A stretch of 64,000 bases of DNA from Utricularia gibba. Its lineage: Eukaryota; Plantae; Magnoliophyta. Positions 38,996 to 53,430 of this stretch are shown here, piece by piece. The translations under genes and the position numbers were made by a program. The number at the start of each line of letters is the position of its first letter. Position 1 is the stretch's first letter. Location of the stretch: positions 1,488,001 to 1,552,000 of the forward strand of contig NEEC01000004.1 of the NCBI GenBank assembly GCA_002189035.1. The letters run 5' to 3'. The notes below the pieces were generated by a model. It was not told the origin of the DNA. It was given only the letters and a program-made list of their open reading frames with translations, and did no database searches.

Positions 38996-40248
38996 GCCCT
39001 TTTGCTTTACCCTCTTCTTCTTCCTGGGTTGGTCGTCTGCTGATCAACGCAAGGAAACAAACAAACAACTAGTTGATAGGCAGGCGGATAGGCCGCCATA
39101 AATAAATAGCAGCCCAGGTTCAAAGTTTGGCATCTCAGACGCTTCTCATTCACTTGTCTCACAAACCCTTAACATATCTCAAACCTCTTTTGGAATTTGC
39201 ACTCAACCTAATAGATAATAAAATTTATTGTATTTTATCAACTTTTAGAAGACATTTCTAGTTGTGGAAAAATAGAATCAAATTTTACAAAATAAAATTT
39301 AATTTTTGTAATTTAAATTATATAAAATAAAATTGTGGAAGGGTATAGTTTAAGAAAGGGCATAAGTATTTTAAGTGAATCCTACATTAATTATGAATGA
39401 AATAGAAGAACAGTTTATATAAAATAATCTTATCTAATTTAGTACAGTAACTTTTTTCCAAAAGTAAAAAATGTAGAATTGTAAATATTAAATATTGAAA
39501 ATGAATAATATCGTATAAAATATAATAATTGTTATATTAAAATTATTAAATTATTTTATTGTATATTTTAAAATTGTATTAGTAAGATTTAATCTCATGA
39601 TATAAATATCTTTTGAAAGATATAAAAATAAATATATAATTTTTTTGTTAATTTTTTATTTAATCATTAAAAAGTATATTTAATAAATTCAATAATTTAT
39701 AAAATTAATATCAAAATCTAAATTTTTAATTTTACTACTGAACAAATAAAAATGATAGTTTATAAAAATCAAATACAGTCATTTCAAAAAATTAAAGAAA
39801 CAAAACAATGTATTTGTCTTTTAATAGAGATGATAATGAAGGAGGCAATTTTCATTTTTGCACCTAAAATGGTACAAGGCATCAATAAAATATATAAAAT
39901 GATATATTTCTTTTTTATATTAGTTTTTGGACAACTATTTCAATTATTTATAAAATAATTATATATGCTTATATTAAATTTTGATTAATTTAAATTTTAT
40001 ATATGAAAATTAAAACTATCTTAATTTAAAATACAATACTTTTTAAAAACATCATTTACTTGTAATTTTTAAATTTTGAATCATTTACTTGTAATAGAGA
40101 GAGAATAGAGAAGTGTAGCAGTTACTTTAAAATGCCCTAATTTTGCAGGATATTTCAATTGGGTGCCCCTTTTTCTTTCAATTTGTAGTTTTTGTCATTT
40201 GCTGGGTGAATCCGGAAGCGTAGCTGGTTGTCGATGTTTTGATGAATC

Positions 40249-42679
40249 ATGTCGACGGTGTATGTATTGGAGCCGCCGACGAGGGGAAAGTGATAGTGAC
40301 GACGTCGTATGGGCCACTCGACATCGAACTCTGGCCAAAAGAGGCTCCCAAGGCTGTCCGCAATTTCGTGCAGCTCTGCCTCGAAGGATACTACGACGGC
40401 ACCGTCTTCCACCGCCTAATCAAGTCATTTCTTGTTCAAGGGGGTGATCCCACTAGTACTGGGCAAGGTATCCAGATTGCTTTTTTTTTTGTGGTAATTT
40501 TGAGCCCTTATCTCAAGGGCTTGCTTGGGTTGGATGTTTACACGGATTATTTGGAGAAAGATTGGAGTTTGCATTCACTGTGTTGTGTGTGTACAGGCGG
40601 TGAGAGTATATATGGTGGTGCATTCGCGGATGAATTTCATTCACGACTTAGATTTAAGCACCGTGGTTTGGTTGCATGTGCGGGTGCTGGTGCACCGAAT
40701 TCTAACAGTAGCCAGTTTTTTATCACATTGGATCGCTGTGAATGGCTCGATAAGAAGCATACAATATTTGGAAAGGTAAGTGCTTTGTCTTTGCATTTTT
40801 TCTTGTGTTCTGGGGTTTGACGAATATGATTTTTTTCTTCTGTCTACTTCAGGTGACAGGGGACTCGATCTATAATCTTCTTCAGTTGGGTGAAATCGAG
40901 ACAGATAAAGATGACAGGCCACTGGAGCCTCTTCCAAAAATTCTCTCAGTTGAGGTATCAGTTTGATCTTATGGTTATTGGGTCGTATCGAAATGTGTTT
41001 CTGAAAAATCAGTTTCTTGGTGACTGATTGATAGCGATCCATAAATTGATTGCTTAATTTTCCATGGATTCTTTTCTATGAGGTTTACCATATGAACATG
41101 TTAATCTCTAACGAGTTGATGTGTATAGGTACTTTTTATTCGGTTCTTTGATTTTTAGCTTTCTTAGTGATGTTTCATTGGCCTCCTTGTCGTAATGTGT
41201 TGAAGGTGTTATGGAATCCATTCGATGACATCGTCCCAAGGTCAGCTCCTTCTAAATCTGTGTTGCCAAGGGAGAAAAAAGAAACTTCAAAGAAAGTTGT
41301 AAAGTAAGTTTTTTGTTCTTAACGTGGAACCCATATTTTTTGTGGTGATTATTTCAACGGGAACATGGTTTCATTTGTCTGTAGAAACTTGAACTTACTT
41401 TCATTTGGAGAAGAAGCTGAAGAAGAGGAGAAGGAGCTTGCAGCTGTTGATACTAGAATAAAAAGTAGTCATGATGTATTGGATGATCCTCGCCTTTTAA
41501 GGGAAGTGCAAGAAAACGTTGAGGTAACACGGAAGTATTTGTACAGTCATGGGATCTGTATATATTTTGTTATTTTTTTCCCGGATTCACGTTGAATAGT
41601 ATCTGGACCTACCGACTATTTCAACTACATTTAGAAAATCAAATCTGATGTTGGTTATTTTTTTAGAAATCAGTTGATGACCAAAAAACTAGGGATGTGC
41701 AACTGATTGTCCGAGAAGCTCTAAGCTCTAAGGGGGACCAGAAAAAAGAGCTTGGAGCTGAGTTCTCCAAATCGTCTGATGATAGTGATGAAGATGAAGC
41801 ATTGTTTGATGCTCGCATGCGCCAGCAGATACTCAAAAGAAGGAAAGAGTTTGGTGACATACCATCAAAGGAAGAATCATCTAGGAGTGAGCCTATCTCT
41901 CTTTCAAGTAGCATCGTAGACTACCATTTTGGTGGTGAAAACAGTACAATTTCTATTTTCAGTTTAATGAGCTCATCATTTGCATGGCCATGATTGTGTT
42001 TTAGGGCCTACAATGCCATCTGGAAGATCAGTTGTTGAAAAACATGATAATGAGAAGCCGAAAGCTGAACGTTTATCTCTGAAAAAGAAAGGCATTGGTT
42101 CAGAAGTTAGGGCACAACGTGCGGCTAATGCAGATGTGGATTTGCAATTACTTGGAGAAGCAGAACGCCAAAGGCTGCTCTTGAAGCAGAGGAAGCGTAG
42201 GAATAGGGGACATGAGGACGAGGTTCCTTTTATCCTCTTTTCCTTGCGATTCATTCACTTTCAATGCACGTTATTGACTGTGGTATTGCCTTTATATTTT
42301 AGATTCTTGCAAAACTTCAGAAGTTCCAGTCACTCATCTCATCAGTCTCTGGAGGGTCAAATGGAAAGGACACAGAGGAAAAGGATGAGGATTTGAAAAA
42401 TTGGATGGGAGTGGAGTTAAAATTTGTTCCTGAGCCCCGTAAGGTGGGTTAGCTTAGCACCTTTTTCCTGCAGTACAGCCGATAATTTTTCCTATGCTGC
42501 AACATGAAGCGCTAATAACATGGTGTTCTTCATTTCAGAATAATATGTCTCGTAGTGATGACCCAAATGACTACGTTGTACTGGACCCACTTTGGGAGAA
42601 AGGCAAGGAGAAGTTCAATAAAATGATTGCGAAGGACAAGCGGAAACAGCGTGAATGGGCTGGAAAATCTCTTACATGA
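40249..42679 (+). CDS. CYP57: Cyclophilin CYP57 (CWC27 orthologue), with an apparent 1-nt deletion at 40283-40286
   Basis: MSTVYVLEPPT, then after the shift GKVIVTTSYGPLDIELWPKEAPKAVRNFVQLCLEGYY. Also LNLLSFGEEAEEEE and DYVVLDPLWEKGKEKFNKM. Confidence 0.9.
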
Positions 42680-43188
42680 ACTAATGTATGCTGCTAATGT
42701 TGTTCCTCAAATGCCAGCCACAGCTTCTGCTACATAATACTTCCAGACCTCTCAGGTCTACCCCACTGCATAAAGTAGATCCATGAAAAGCATCATTGAA
42801 AGAATTGAGCCGCTCCTCCCTGTCATTTGAATGGCTCACTACCCATCTTTGTGTTGGGCTCATTGCATCTATGTTGTAAACTGTAATCCTTCCGTGCAGG
42901 ATAGCTGTTCATATGTTGATGTACTCATCGTTTCATGGGGTAACCATTCAATTTTCTTTCCTGCAGATGAGTTTTTTGTACTTTGGTGGTTTCTGGTTTC
43001 CATTGCTTGGACCCGAGTGACGAAACATCGTCAGCCGTAACTAAGGTGTTGTTGTTCTTGCTTAATTTTTAACGTGACTCTTTGTCTGAGTTTGAATAGC
43101 GAGATGAGTTTATTGAACCATGAACTGAGCCTTCTTAGTGAAAACCATGTACTAAAAACCAGATGACAATGCAGTTGTGGGACGCATC

Positions 43189-44840
43189 CTACCACTTCTT
43201 CTTGAAAAGGAGATGAGTGACCATCCATTCTTCACCATTGTTGTAGCCAAACAGCTCCGCTACTGACATGAAGAAAGTTCTCCAGTAGACCGTCCACTTG
43301 ACAGATGCTTCTTTACCGTACGTGGATTCCATTATTTGCCTCACAGAACTCGAGTTCTTGTCCATTCTTTTAAGCCATTCCTCACTGACATAAGAGCTCA
43401 TGGATGTTATCTTAGCTTACAAGATCTGAATTGATTGAGAGGAGCTCTGGGTTGTGGAAAGCTACCTTGTCTGCGCGTACTGCGTTCCATTCACCAGCCA
43501 GTGATCCACTACAGACACATCCTCCTGCGTTAGACAAAGATGGATGATTGGATGCATAGATGATACATGAACACTCTGTTGTTCATAGATTTCCCGGAAG
43601 CTTACCTGAAAATAAAGAAGCAAGTTTGCAGCAGGCATCGTTCCTCCAGTGAAGAAGTATCTACTTATCCAGTTATCATCATCCACATCCTACCATGGAA
43701 AAGCTGTATGTCAAAAGTATTGTTCAGAGGAACCAGAGGCGGCTCACTCAGCTGCTGTATTGTGGAAACGGAACCTCAAAGTGGTAAGCAAATGTCTTAT
43801 GGCAGAAATGATGGACAAACAGGAGACCATCTTCCTTCATCCACTTGGAGATCTTCTTGAGAAGTTGCTGATAATTCTTCATGTGCTGTTTCAGAGCATG
43901 ACAAGCAAATGCCTTCTTCAGTGGCCCAACATGGAATGAATAATGCCATTCCGTACCTCAAACATCTCAATAGAGAAGATCCTGTCATATGCTCCCTCCA
44001 TATCGTGGGTGCTGATATCCGCAACGATTATCTCAACGTTCCTTAGTTGAAGATCACTGGGGAAACACACAGACATGTTTGATAACACTGGATAATCAAG
44101 TTGAGAAGGAAGAAGCTGGATTACCTGCATCGCCGGTCAATGTGTGCCTTTTGGGTTTTTGAATTGCAAATCGCTGTGATCTGGGAATCGGGGTATTTCT
44201 GAGCAAGGTGCAGGGAAAGGGATCCCCATCCACAACCAACATCAAGAACAGAGTGACCATTTTGTATCTGAGCCCTCTCACAGTATAAATCCAGCATGGC
44301 GTTCTCAGCATCCTCCAAAGTGCTTGAATTTTCAGTAAACAAGCAGCAACTGGACAGAAATGGGATAAAAAACGAATGATTTGTATCCCAAATGTGCATT
44401 CTAGGCAATACAATTACCAGAATACAGATAAGAATTGCACCTGTACTTGAGTTTCCTTCCAAGCACAATCTCAAAGAAAGATGTGGGAAGCTCATAATGT
44501 TGAGACTTTGGCTTCTCAGTCTCAATCGCTATAGGCATTTGTCGCAAAGCTGCAAGAACTGGAACTTGTAACAATCCAAAAAGGAGGGATTTGAATTCGC
44601 GAACCGCAATTAAAGGAATGGATAGATACACGCACATTGTGAGAAGAGCAACAGGTCTGCTAACTGCGCGGAGGCGGAGGCCTTGTAGCCGGAGCGGAGG
44701 CGGAAAGCCAGCAGTATCCTGGTGAGCCGGCGAATGACGACGTCAGGTAACAAGTTGAGCTCCAGCAAAGTGAGCATCACACGAACGGCTGCGCCGTAGA
44801 GCACACGCACGGCTGAAGCCACAACACCGCCGATGCCCAT
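43189..44840 (-). CDS. (S)-coclaurine N-methyltransferase-like / CMAS-family SAM methyltransferase
   Basis: [60 protein letters not shown]. Confidence 0.92.
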
Positions 44841-45347
44841 CGTCGCCGCCGCGAACCAGGTCGATTATTTGACGAAGGTGACGCTTCTTTGGGGCATTTT
44901 TGTTCAGTTGCAGCTCCAGTGTGTGGTACAGAAACGTTACACGATGCCTGTTCTCTACCGTATGTCAAATTTTAACTGTAAAGAGGATCAGGCGCCGAGA
45001 ATAAATACTTAATATTAATTTGAACTAAAATAATTTTCTTTTTTAAACAATTAAAAATATATCATATTATATAAAATATTATTAAAATTTTAATACTTCG
45101 AAATTTAAATGATTTTTTATGAAATTTAAAATATAAATAATAATTTTTGATTAAAAAGGAGAAAATAAAGTTAATAGTTGAAAGAATCAAAAATAACTTT
45201 TTTTTTCCGTTTTCTAGTATTATTTATTTATTTATTTTAAAGAAAAATGCAGCTCCTTTACACGTATAAATATTCCTTTCCTCGGGTTCTTCCTTCCCCT
45301 GTCTCTCTTTCTTTCCCTTTGCCCTTTTTCCTCTGCCTTCAAGAAAC

Positions 45348-46234
45348 CATGAACCGAACTCACACTGCAGGCACCCGCTGCACTTCCGAACCATCGAAAA
45401 GGTACAGAAACAGAAGACCATCTTCGTTCTCGTCCTCAGAGACCATGAAACCTCAGGATTTCAAGCTCAAGGTGGCTGCAAAGGCAGAGACGGATGCCAG
45501 AAGAAGAATCGAAGAAACTGCGTGTTCTTGGGCTTTTCTGGTTGACAAATGGATGATGGAGAAGGAGGCTAACGAGAGGTTTCCTTCGAGAAAAGTGGGT
45601 TTCATCAAGTCCTCGTTACAAGACAGCAGCAGCAAGAGCGATTCTTCTTCCCTGTTTTACACTTCCACGTCCAGCTCCTCCGACAGCTCCGGTGCGCTCT
45701 CGGAGTTGGAGTTCTTGGGGGCCACTACTGATCCCAAAGTTTCCTGCTTTTCTTCCTTCAAGTCGAAATCTAAGCCCATGAAGGTAACCAAATTTTCCCT
45801 GCTCCCCTAAAAGGGCGCTTGATTTCGATTCTAGTCTTCGAGTTGATACTGACTCTGTCGTTCTCCCCTGTAACCAGGTCTGTAATCTGAAGCAGCCCAT
45901 TTCGCCGGGGTTGAGGTTAACCAATTTCATCAACTCCATTTTCACGAATGCCAATGGGAAGACGAAGAAGAAAACCAGCTGCAGCAGCAACAGCAGCACA
46001 GGGGCGGAGTTGTTGGAGTTGCGGCAGTGTTCTCCAAGGCCCAAGGAGCAGAGAAGAGTAAGATTTCTGCCTCCACAGAGCGTGATCCTGGACGCGGGAT
46101 GTGACAAATGCAGCAACAAGAAGCCACCGTCGCCTCCAGGAAGAGGTCCTGCGAGGAGGGAGTCCGGCAACGAGGATGCATTCAGCGACTGCAGCGACGA
46201 CTTGTTCGAGATCGATCACCTGGCTATTCCCTGA
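45348..46234 (+). CDS. BIG GRAIN 1-like protein; frame break at 45784-45877 (intron or indel)
   Basis: PSSFSSS, KQPISPG.RL..FINSIF, RRVRF.P.SVILD, SDCSDDLFEID. Confidence 0.8.
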
Positions 46235-47283
46235 CCTGAATCCATCAGCAAGATCGAATAACTTGATTGCTTTTTGAATGCTAGATTCTGTAGTGTACAT
46301 AATTCTGATCATTTAGTTTTTACTGAATCGCGATCAAAGAATTCCAAGCTCCTCCTCCTCCCATCCATCATTCGGGAATCATTAGTTGGGTGGGCGGGTA
46401 GTCGAAGGCGGGCAAAGGGTTGTAGGATTTTGATGTACCCCGCAGACAAACCCTGCAATGTGGCAATAAAAAAGAAAGCAAAGGAAAGGAAAGAAAAGCA
46501 AAGAAAAGGAAAGGTGGCGTGGATCCCAAAGCCCACACAGATTTCTTTGATAAAGAAGAGGAGGAAGAGGAGGTCCCATTTCCCTTCATTCTCTTCTCTT
46601 CTCTGCAACCCAACTCCTCGCATCATTCCTTGCGCTGTAGACACAGTGAAACCGATGTGGGATAATAGCACAGTGACACAAAAATAAAAAAGAGGAGGAG
46701 GGGGAGGTGGGTTCCTTTCCTTTGCTTTGCTTTGCGTTGCTTTGGTGCCCTGGGAGGCAGGGGCAGAGGGAGGGCCATGGGAAAAGCGATCGGGCCTCTT
46801 TTGCAGCAGCGGACTTCATCGGGATCAAGTTTCCAGGGGAATCTTTTCCTTTTCAAAATGATTTATGGTTTGGTTGAAGCCAAGATCGGATTCCGCGGAT
46901 CCCTAGGACTTGAAATAAAGCCAACCCCCGCTGCTTTTCTTTTTAACTGTTTTCGGACGCTTGGTGTGCGTGTCCGATGCGACCGACACTGCTTCCCATG
47001 AGCCACGCACTTTTATTCAAATAATTAAAATACTCGTCATTAAATAATCATTTTCCAAAACTGGAATTTATAATAATATATTTAATAAAATTCAGAAAAT
47101 AAAAAGAAAATTCGGACATGGAAATCCCAGTAGCGGATAACGAACCTTATCGTTGGAAACCGCCGTAGGATACGAACGTGACACGCGGACACGGCTTCCC
47201 ATCCAGGCCATCTCGCTCCCCCTTATTTCACGTCGTCTCGATGCCTCCCATTGTTGATCAACGCACTGCACCGCACCCACAAC

Positions 47284-47643
47284 ATGGCTTCCGTCTCGAT
47301 GGCAATCCCTACACCGGTCGCCCCCGCGACAGGGAAGAAACCGACGCTTCCTTCTACCACGCCGCTGCCGCCGGTGAGATCGACGAAGCGAGGCGAGGTT
47401 AGAGCCGCTGCTCCTGGACTCAGGATCGATGGAGGCTTGAAGGAGAAAGCCCTCGCCGGCGCAACAGCAGCTGGAATCGCAGCCGCATCGATGCTCATCC
47501 CGGAGGTGGCGCAGGCCGCGGACGGCGTATCCCCATCGCTGAAGAATTTCCTGCTCAGCATCGCCGCCGGAGGGATCGTCCTATCCGCCATCGGCGGCGC
47601 CGTCATAGCAGTGGCGAACTTCGACCCCGTTAAGAGGGTTTGA
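47284..47643 (+). CDS. PSBX: Photosystem II subunit X precursor
   Basis: Bipartite transit peptide ending AQA, then [26 protein letters not shown]. Confidence 0.95.
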   Translation: MASVSMAIPTPVAPATGKKPTLPSTTPLPPVRSTKRGEVRAAAPGLRIDGGLKEKALAGATAAGIAAASMLIPEVAQAADGVSPSLKNFLLSIAAGGIVLSAIGGAVIAVANFDPVKRV

Positions 47644-48451
47644 ACCGTTTGTTTACCTGCTAGTTATTTTCCTCGCCACGTAAGATGATATCACACAACA
47701 CACACACAACATATTAAATGCTCCTCAAGGATGCGATGCTATGTCAGTAATTTCGGATTATTAAAGAGAAGCAATCCAGTGGATGCTGAAACACGATACC
47801 ACACAGAAGAGCACCAGATGGTTGATTGGGGAGGGAAAAGGAAGCATGGGACTGATTTTTTTTTTGTTGGTTTGAAATTGAACCTTTTTTTTTCCCTAAA
47901 CCCTAAACCATCACCGGAGGAGTTGGGGGGTCGGCTGCTTGGTCGGTCCGGCGAAACACATGCAACACGTTAGCATACAAAGAGCAAAACCATTACAAAG
48001 CAAGTTCGGCAAGGAACTCATACCTTGATCAGCCTGAGGAGACCCACAGAAGCTTCAGCATCAATATGCTTCTGGGAAATACCTTCTTGAACCTCACACA
48101 CTGAGCAAGCGAACCAGGTTAGTCAGATGCAATAAGAACTATCAAAAAATACGTATACAGATTCCATGGGGGAGGTAGATGGTAATTCAGGTCAAATGCT
48201 TAGAAGCCAGTAGCAGCTGGTAACCCCGCTGAAGAATTCAACGAGGGCTGCCACAGTTTTGAGTAAAAGGGTTCTTACCATGACAAAAATATACTGCTAT
48301 AACTATGAGTCGAACCAAAATACACGTCAGGTGATTTGTGAGGCTGGCCATCACCGACTTGGTTAACGCTTACCTTGATATCTAGCTGATAGACCCAATG
48401 ACTCCATTTTCAAGAAGGCGCCACACTGGAGCCCTGGCATCCACCTCCAAG

Positions 48452-51400
48452 TCAGTGCCCCCTTCGCTTGTTGGGACGATGCTCACCCTTGTGATCTTCA
48501 TCTGACCGATGGTTCCTCTTGCTCCTCTCCTCCCACTGCTTGTCTCTCGGGAGTTTTTCTACATAATTAGAACCCCTGTCCTTGTACTCCCCTCGCTGGT
48601 GAGAGGATGGGTGATGGTGAAGTGCAGAGTCTGTTGAGTTTTGATGCCTCCCTTGGGAACTTCTGTCAAGCTGGTCTCGTTTTCTAGCATCCTTGTGCGT
48701 AGACTGATGATTGAAACGAGAATCATCATCATAATGGCCCCTTTTGTCGTGGTTCTTCTTTCCATCTGTGTGGTGACTTGAGTGTTTCCCGTTACGTTCG
48801 GAGTCTCGTAAGGGCTCCTCCTTGCCTGAATTTGAGCTCTCTGCATGGGATGCCCTTTTCTCAACTCCATAAGCCGATGATCGAGTGCCTCTATCATCTC
48901 TGTCACCAAAATCAGATTGAAAGTACTTGTCGTTCCGCCTTTTCCTTCCGGATCTTTGGACATTGCTGTCTCCAGAATAACTCAAGCTAGTTTCTAGCTC
49001 TTTCTGGGATTGATGGTTATGCGATCTCTTTGGACTACTGGTAGAATTGCCCTTGTTTTCAGAAAGTTGTTCACTATAAAATAAAATCAGGTCATAAACT
49101 CAAACAAGCCAGCGTTGCAGATAAAATACGACATGGACCTGCGTTAACAAGGTCCAATGGAATGTAAAATTACCTTCCGTTTTCACTCGAGCACTTTTTT
49201 TTACTGTCACAACGCTGAAGCTCAAAATCTTCAGGATGCTGAGGGCCCATATTTCCACTAAAAGACAGAAAAGTTCGGGGGTGAAAATTGCAAATTGTAG
49301 AAACAAAAAAGAAGAAATTATCAGTCAAAAACATACACTGGACAAGGCAGACCTCCATGCATCGGTGCCATGTACGGGGGGACATGGAAAGGCATACCAG
49401 GGGGAATAGGTACATTGAAAGGCATCACTGGATGCCCGCCGTACATATTGGTATATGGCCTAAACGGCATCATTGAAGGACCATTCCAATATGGAGGTGC
49501 GTAGCCCCCATGAAACCCATTCCCTAACATGCTCGGACCATTGTAAAATAAGAATACGAACATTTAATTACCAGGAAAAAAACAACTACTCTCCGTACCT
49601 GGTTGAAACATGGGACTTGGATTTGCAACAGGACATTCTCTCACAAGATGGTCCGTGGAACCACACCCAAAGCAATTACGGGATCCCTGTAGCCGATGTT
49701 TTAATAAAAAAACAATAACAGGCATGAAATTATATTGTAAGGTACAAAGAATCCTAGTTTTCATTATTCTTATAAGCGCGAGAAGCATAAATTGGAAAAC
49801 ATTGAGATTTAGCAACAACAATCACCTTTCTAGGTCCACCAGGTATGCCAAAGTTCCTTTCATGTCCACCTTAGAAATAAGTAACATCAAGTCAAAGTGC
49901 ATTTCTTGGTTTCCAGGTATACAAAACCAAAGAATCATTATTCATACATTGATCAACACACAATGAATAGAATACAAGCATACAACCGTATACAGAGACA
50001 TGCGTTTAGTTAAAACACACACCACAATAATGGTATTCCATCACATAAATATAGCAGTGAGTCTGATGCTTTGCAGAACCAGCATGAAGATTCAAAAAAG
50101 TTTAACAGTAAGAGCTGTCTACCTTCCTCACGCGAATTAATGTGAGAAGAAACTAGCTGATTTTCACCCTGAAACTCCTGCACTGAATTGAGCTCTTGAT
50201 GCGCTGCTTGTGTACCATGATTGCTAGCTTCCCATCCATCATTTTGATCAATTTTCTGAGCTTTAATGGGTGAAACATCCTTTGCTTGAATGTTTGACTC
50301 TCCATCTGAATTTATTCAAAACAGATGCCAGTACAATACTGAATGAGAAACTTGCAGATAAAAAAAATATATAATTTGGATAAAAATAGACCTGGCACGT
50401 CTGTTTGCATTGAGCCCGTAAAATCAGCATCAACCATCTTGGAATCGAGAAAATGCTGAATTGCTTGATGCAGCGACACATTTGGCAACAAATCCTTTAC
50501 ACTGCATTTGCTCGAAGAGCATTTTGGGCACTTGTTATTCCCAATAAGAACTTTAGTTATACCTGCAGCTCAATAATAGAGTGAGTTTAAAAAAGTAATT
50601 CTCATATGTCATGCGAATTCACAACAGTAGATAACTCACAAGTCTCACAGAAGCTATGTTGGCAACATGGTATCATCACAGGATGCGTGAAAAAACCTTC
50701 GCATAGTGAGCACTTCAATTCCAATGGCATATGATTGCTTTTATCTAACACATCTTTGAAATGAGGCGACCTAGTCGAGTGCAAGAAAAAAAGGGAGAAT
50801 GGGGAACGTATTCCAAAAAGAATAAAAGATTATGATGAAAAAAAAAAACATAAAATCATTTACTTTTTCAGCTTAATCTTTCCACTCGTTCCCTGTAAAG
50901 TGCTTTGCTCCTTTCCAGATTTTCCTGATCCTAAATATCGCATCATGTCATACAAAAATTCCAAAAAGGAGATTGCGGAACACTATGGAAGACAATTTTA
51001 CCGTTCTGAACTGCTTCAGGGTGCCTAGAGGAGTCCAACTTCTGCAATTTGAGTCCCAATATCTCAGGATGATCTAAATTTCTGCTCAAAGCACAAGAGA
51101 GAATGAGAGAAATAATCAAAATCCTGAAAGTGTGATGAAAATGAGCATACAAAAGACAACGTTTTATGGATTTAAAAGGGCTAAAGATAACTGGCGTGCC
51201 CCATAACAAACTATATCCTGCGTAAAAGCATCGATGTACCTCAGACCAATAGCATCTTTCTTGTTGTTCAGTCCAAAACTGTCAGTATCAATATCTGAAC
51301 TGAAATCAGGGAATTTTGAATCGGACGTGGGCATCAAATCAGAACCAAAATCGAATTCGTTCCCAGGTCCATTCTGCATGCAAGAAAACCCAAGGAGTTT

Positions 51401-52496
51401 AAAGAAATACTGTCAAGACACGAAGAAATCAAAAGTTGAAAAACAACAAGGTAATTTTTGCTTATAACCACTGGAGGCTAGAATGAAACAACAATTCAAA
51501 GGAATAAGAGACCAAGCGATCAACAAGTGTGAGTAGAAGGAAGAGTGGGTCAAAAAAAAGAGAGAGAAAGGGAATGGAGGTGGTGGATAAGCCACACAAT
51601 GGCGCTCCATGCGTACATCTACATTGTGAATGCTGGATGCTTTGACCCCAAGATCCTTGGAAACTTGAACTGGAGACCTAACGCAAAGATCCCAATGATG
51701 CCAAAATTAATAAATGCAAATTTAGAACTTGTTTTCAAAAACTCAATTTATTGGAACAGGATCAAAATATCTACCACGCATCAAGCCTATCTATGATGAT
51801 TCATAGTATTGGATTCTTAAAAGTGCCCATACAACATAAAATTCACATTACTCGCTTAACATATAGAAATAGACATAGAAATATCTGAAGTGAAAAGTTT
51901 CATCAATGGCAGGCATACAGTATAATTTCTAGGCACGGTGTCGATCAACTTCACCAAATTCAACTAAATGGGTATCACGGCACAGATATGTCTAGTCTCG
52001 GGGAGAATATACAAGAAAACCAGGAACGGAAATATAACAACTGCGACAATGCACCAGGAATAAGCAAAATCATACTCACCCTGGTCGAATTTCCGCAGGA
52101 ACCCTCTTAATTATCACATTGGATCCGTTAGGGATTTCAGAATCATCACGCTTGTACTCTGCCAATCAATATTTTCATAAAAAAAAATGAAACTAATCAC
52201 CAGCTAATTCACGTCAAAAGAACTATGCACCCAATGCAGCAGAAAAAAACCATATAATTCAAAAATACAAATTACAAATTCACAGAGAAATAAAAAAGAA
52301 GAATACAATGACGCTAAAACATACCCAGACCAGAAGCCTCGTCAGAGAATATGAGATCAAACCCTTGCTGTCTTTGCAGAGAAACATTGCCATGTAGAAT
52401 CTTGGCTCTCAACTCTTTAACGGAGATTGAGTGGCGATCCCCAATCTCAAGAACATCAAAATTCAACGAACTCCTGAATTTAAACCGGATTGGCAT
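48452..52496 (-). CDS. DWNN-domain RING/zinc-knuckle E3 ligase (RBBP6/Mpe1/PQT3-like), multi-exon
   Basis: MPIRFKFRSS..ISVKELRAKI (DWNN), ELKCSLC..PVMIPCCQHSFCE (RING), CFGCGSTDHLVREC (zinc knuckle), R/S/D-rich tail. Confidence 0.85.
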
Positions 52497-53430
52497 GCCC
52501 GCAATCTCTCCGTCGTTCGATTGAGAAACAACAGAGTAGAGCTGAACAAACACCACCAAGCCACCAGCGTGCTGTCGGAGGAACGTCAGCGTTCCGTCGT
52601 CCGCTGTTCGTAGGGTTTTCCAACCGTCAACAAGTTTATGAAGTCTCCTCGGCCGACACGGGAATGCAACTCCAGGAGTACTAAAGGGGGGAGGCAGCTC
52701 GCTTCACCTTGTTTGTACCTCGTGTCCTGGGGTACAACAGCCATATGCATGTTGCAATTTTTTAATTGTTTTTTTATAGTTTGAATAAAAATTGACAATT
52801 TAATTAATATGTTTCCTATTTTTAATTATAAAAATGAAAATCAGAATATATTTATATAATAAAATTGCAAAAACAACACATCAAATTTAAATTAATCTAA
52901 AGATTTTAAATCCTCAAGTTTCAAAATTGTAAAAAGATAATTCAATTTGTCAAAATTGCACAAGGAAGATCTAAACGATTTTTCAAAATTTTAAAAAATG
53001 AATCAACTCATGATGACATAAATTTCATATCTAAAAAACTTTTATAATAGAAATTTTTTAATTCACATATGAAATATGGCAAATCAAAATATCTTAGTAG
53101 AGTTATATTATGTTTGCATTTTGTGATTTTTGGAGTTCAACAAAGATAAGGCAATTAGAGGAAGACCAATAGAAATTATGGATATTGTGTATAAAGATAT
53201 AATGTTATAATGATATTAACATCAAAATCCATTAATTTAAGTAATATGAGGATTAAATATATAATTTAATAAATTTGGAATCAAATTGTGTATAAAAAAT
53301 AAATAAATAAATTTTAAATTTTAAATTTTAATAAGTAAACTATTTATATTAATTATAATTTGTGTGACATGAGCAAAACTCCACCCATATTTATATTCAT
53401 ACTCTCCCATTATCTACAACTTCCTCTTCA

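Noticed and set aside
47894-47909. CCCTAAACCCTAAACC as a telomerase template or interstitial telomere
   Set aside because: Only about two units, preceded by T-runs that would terminate Pol III, and no USE.
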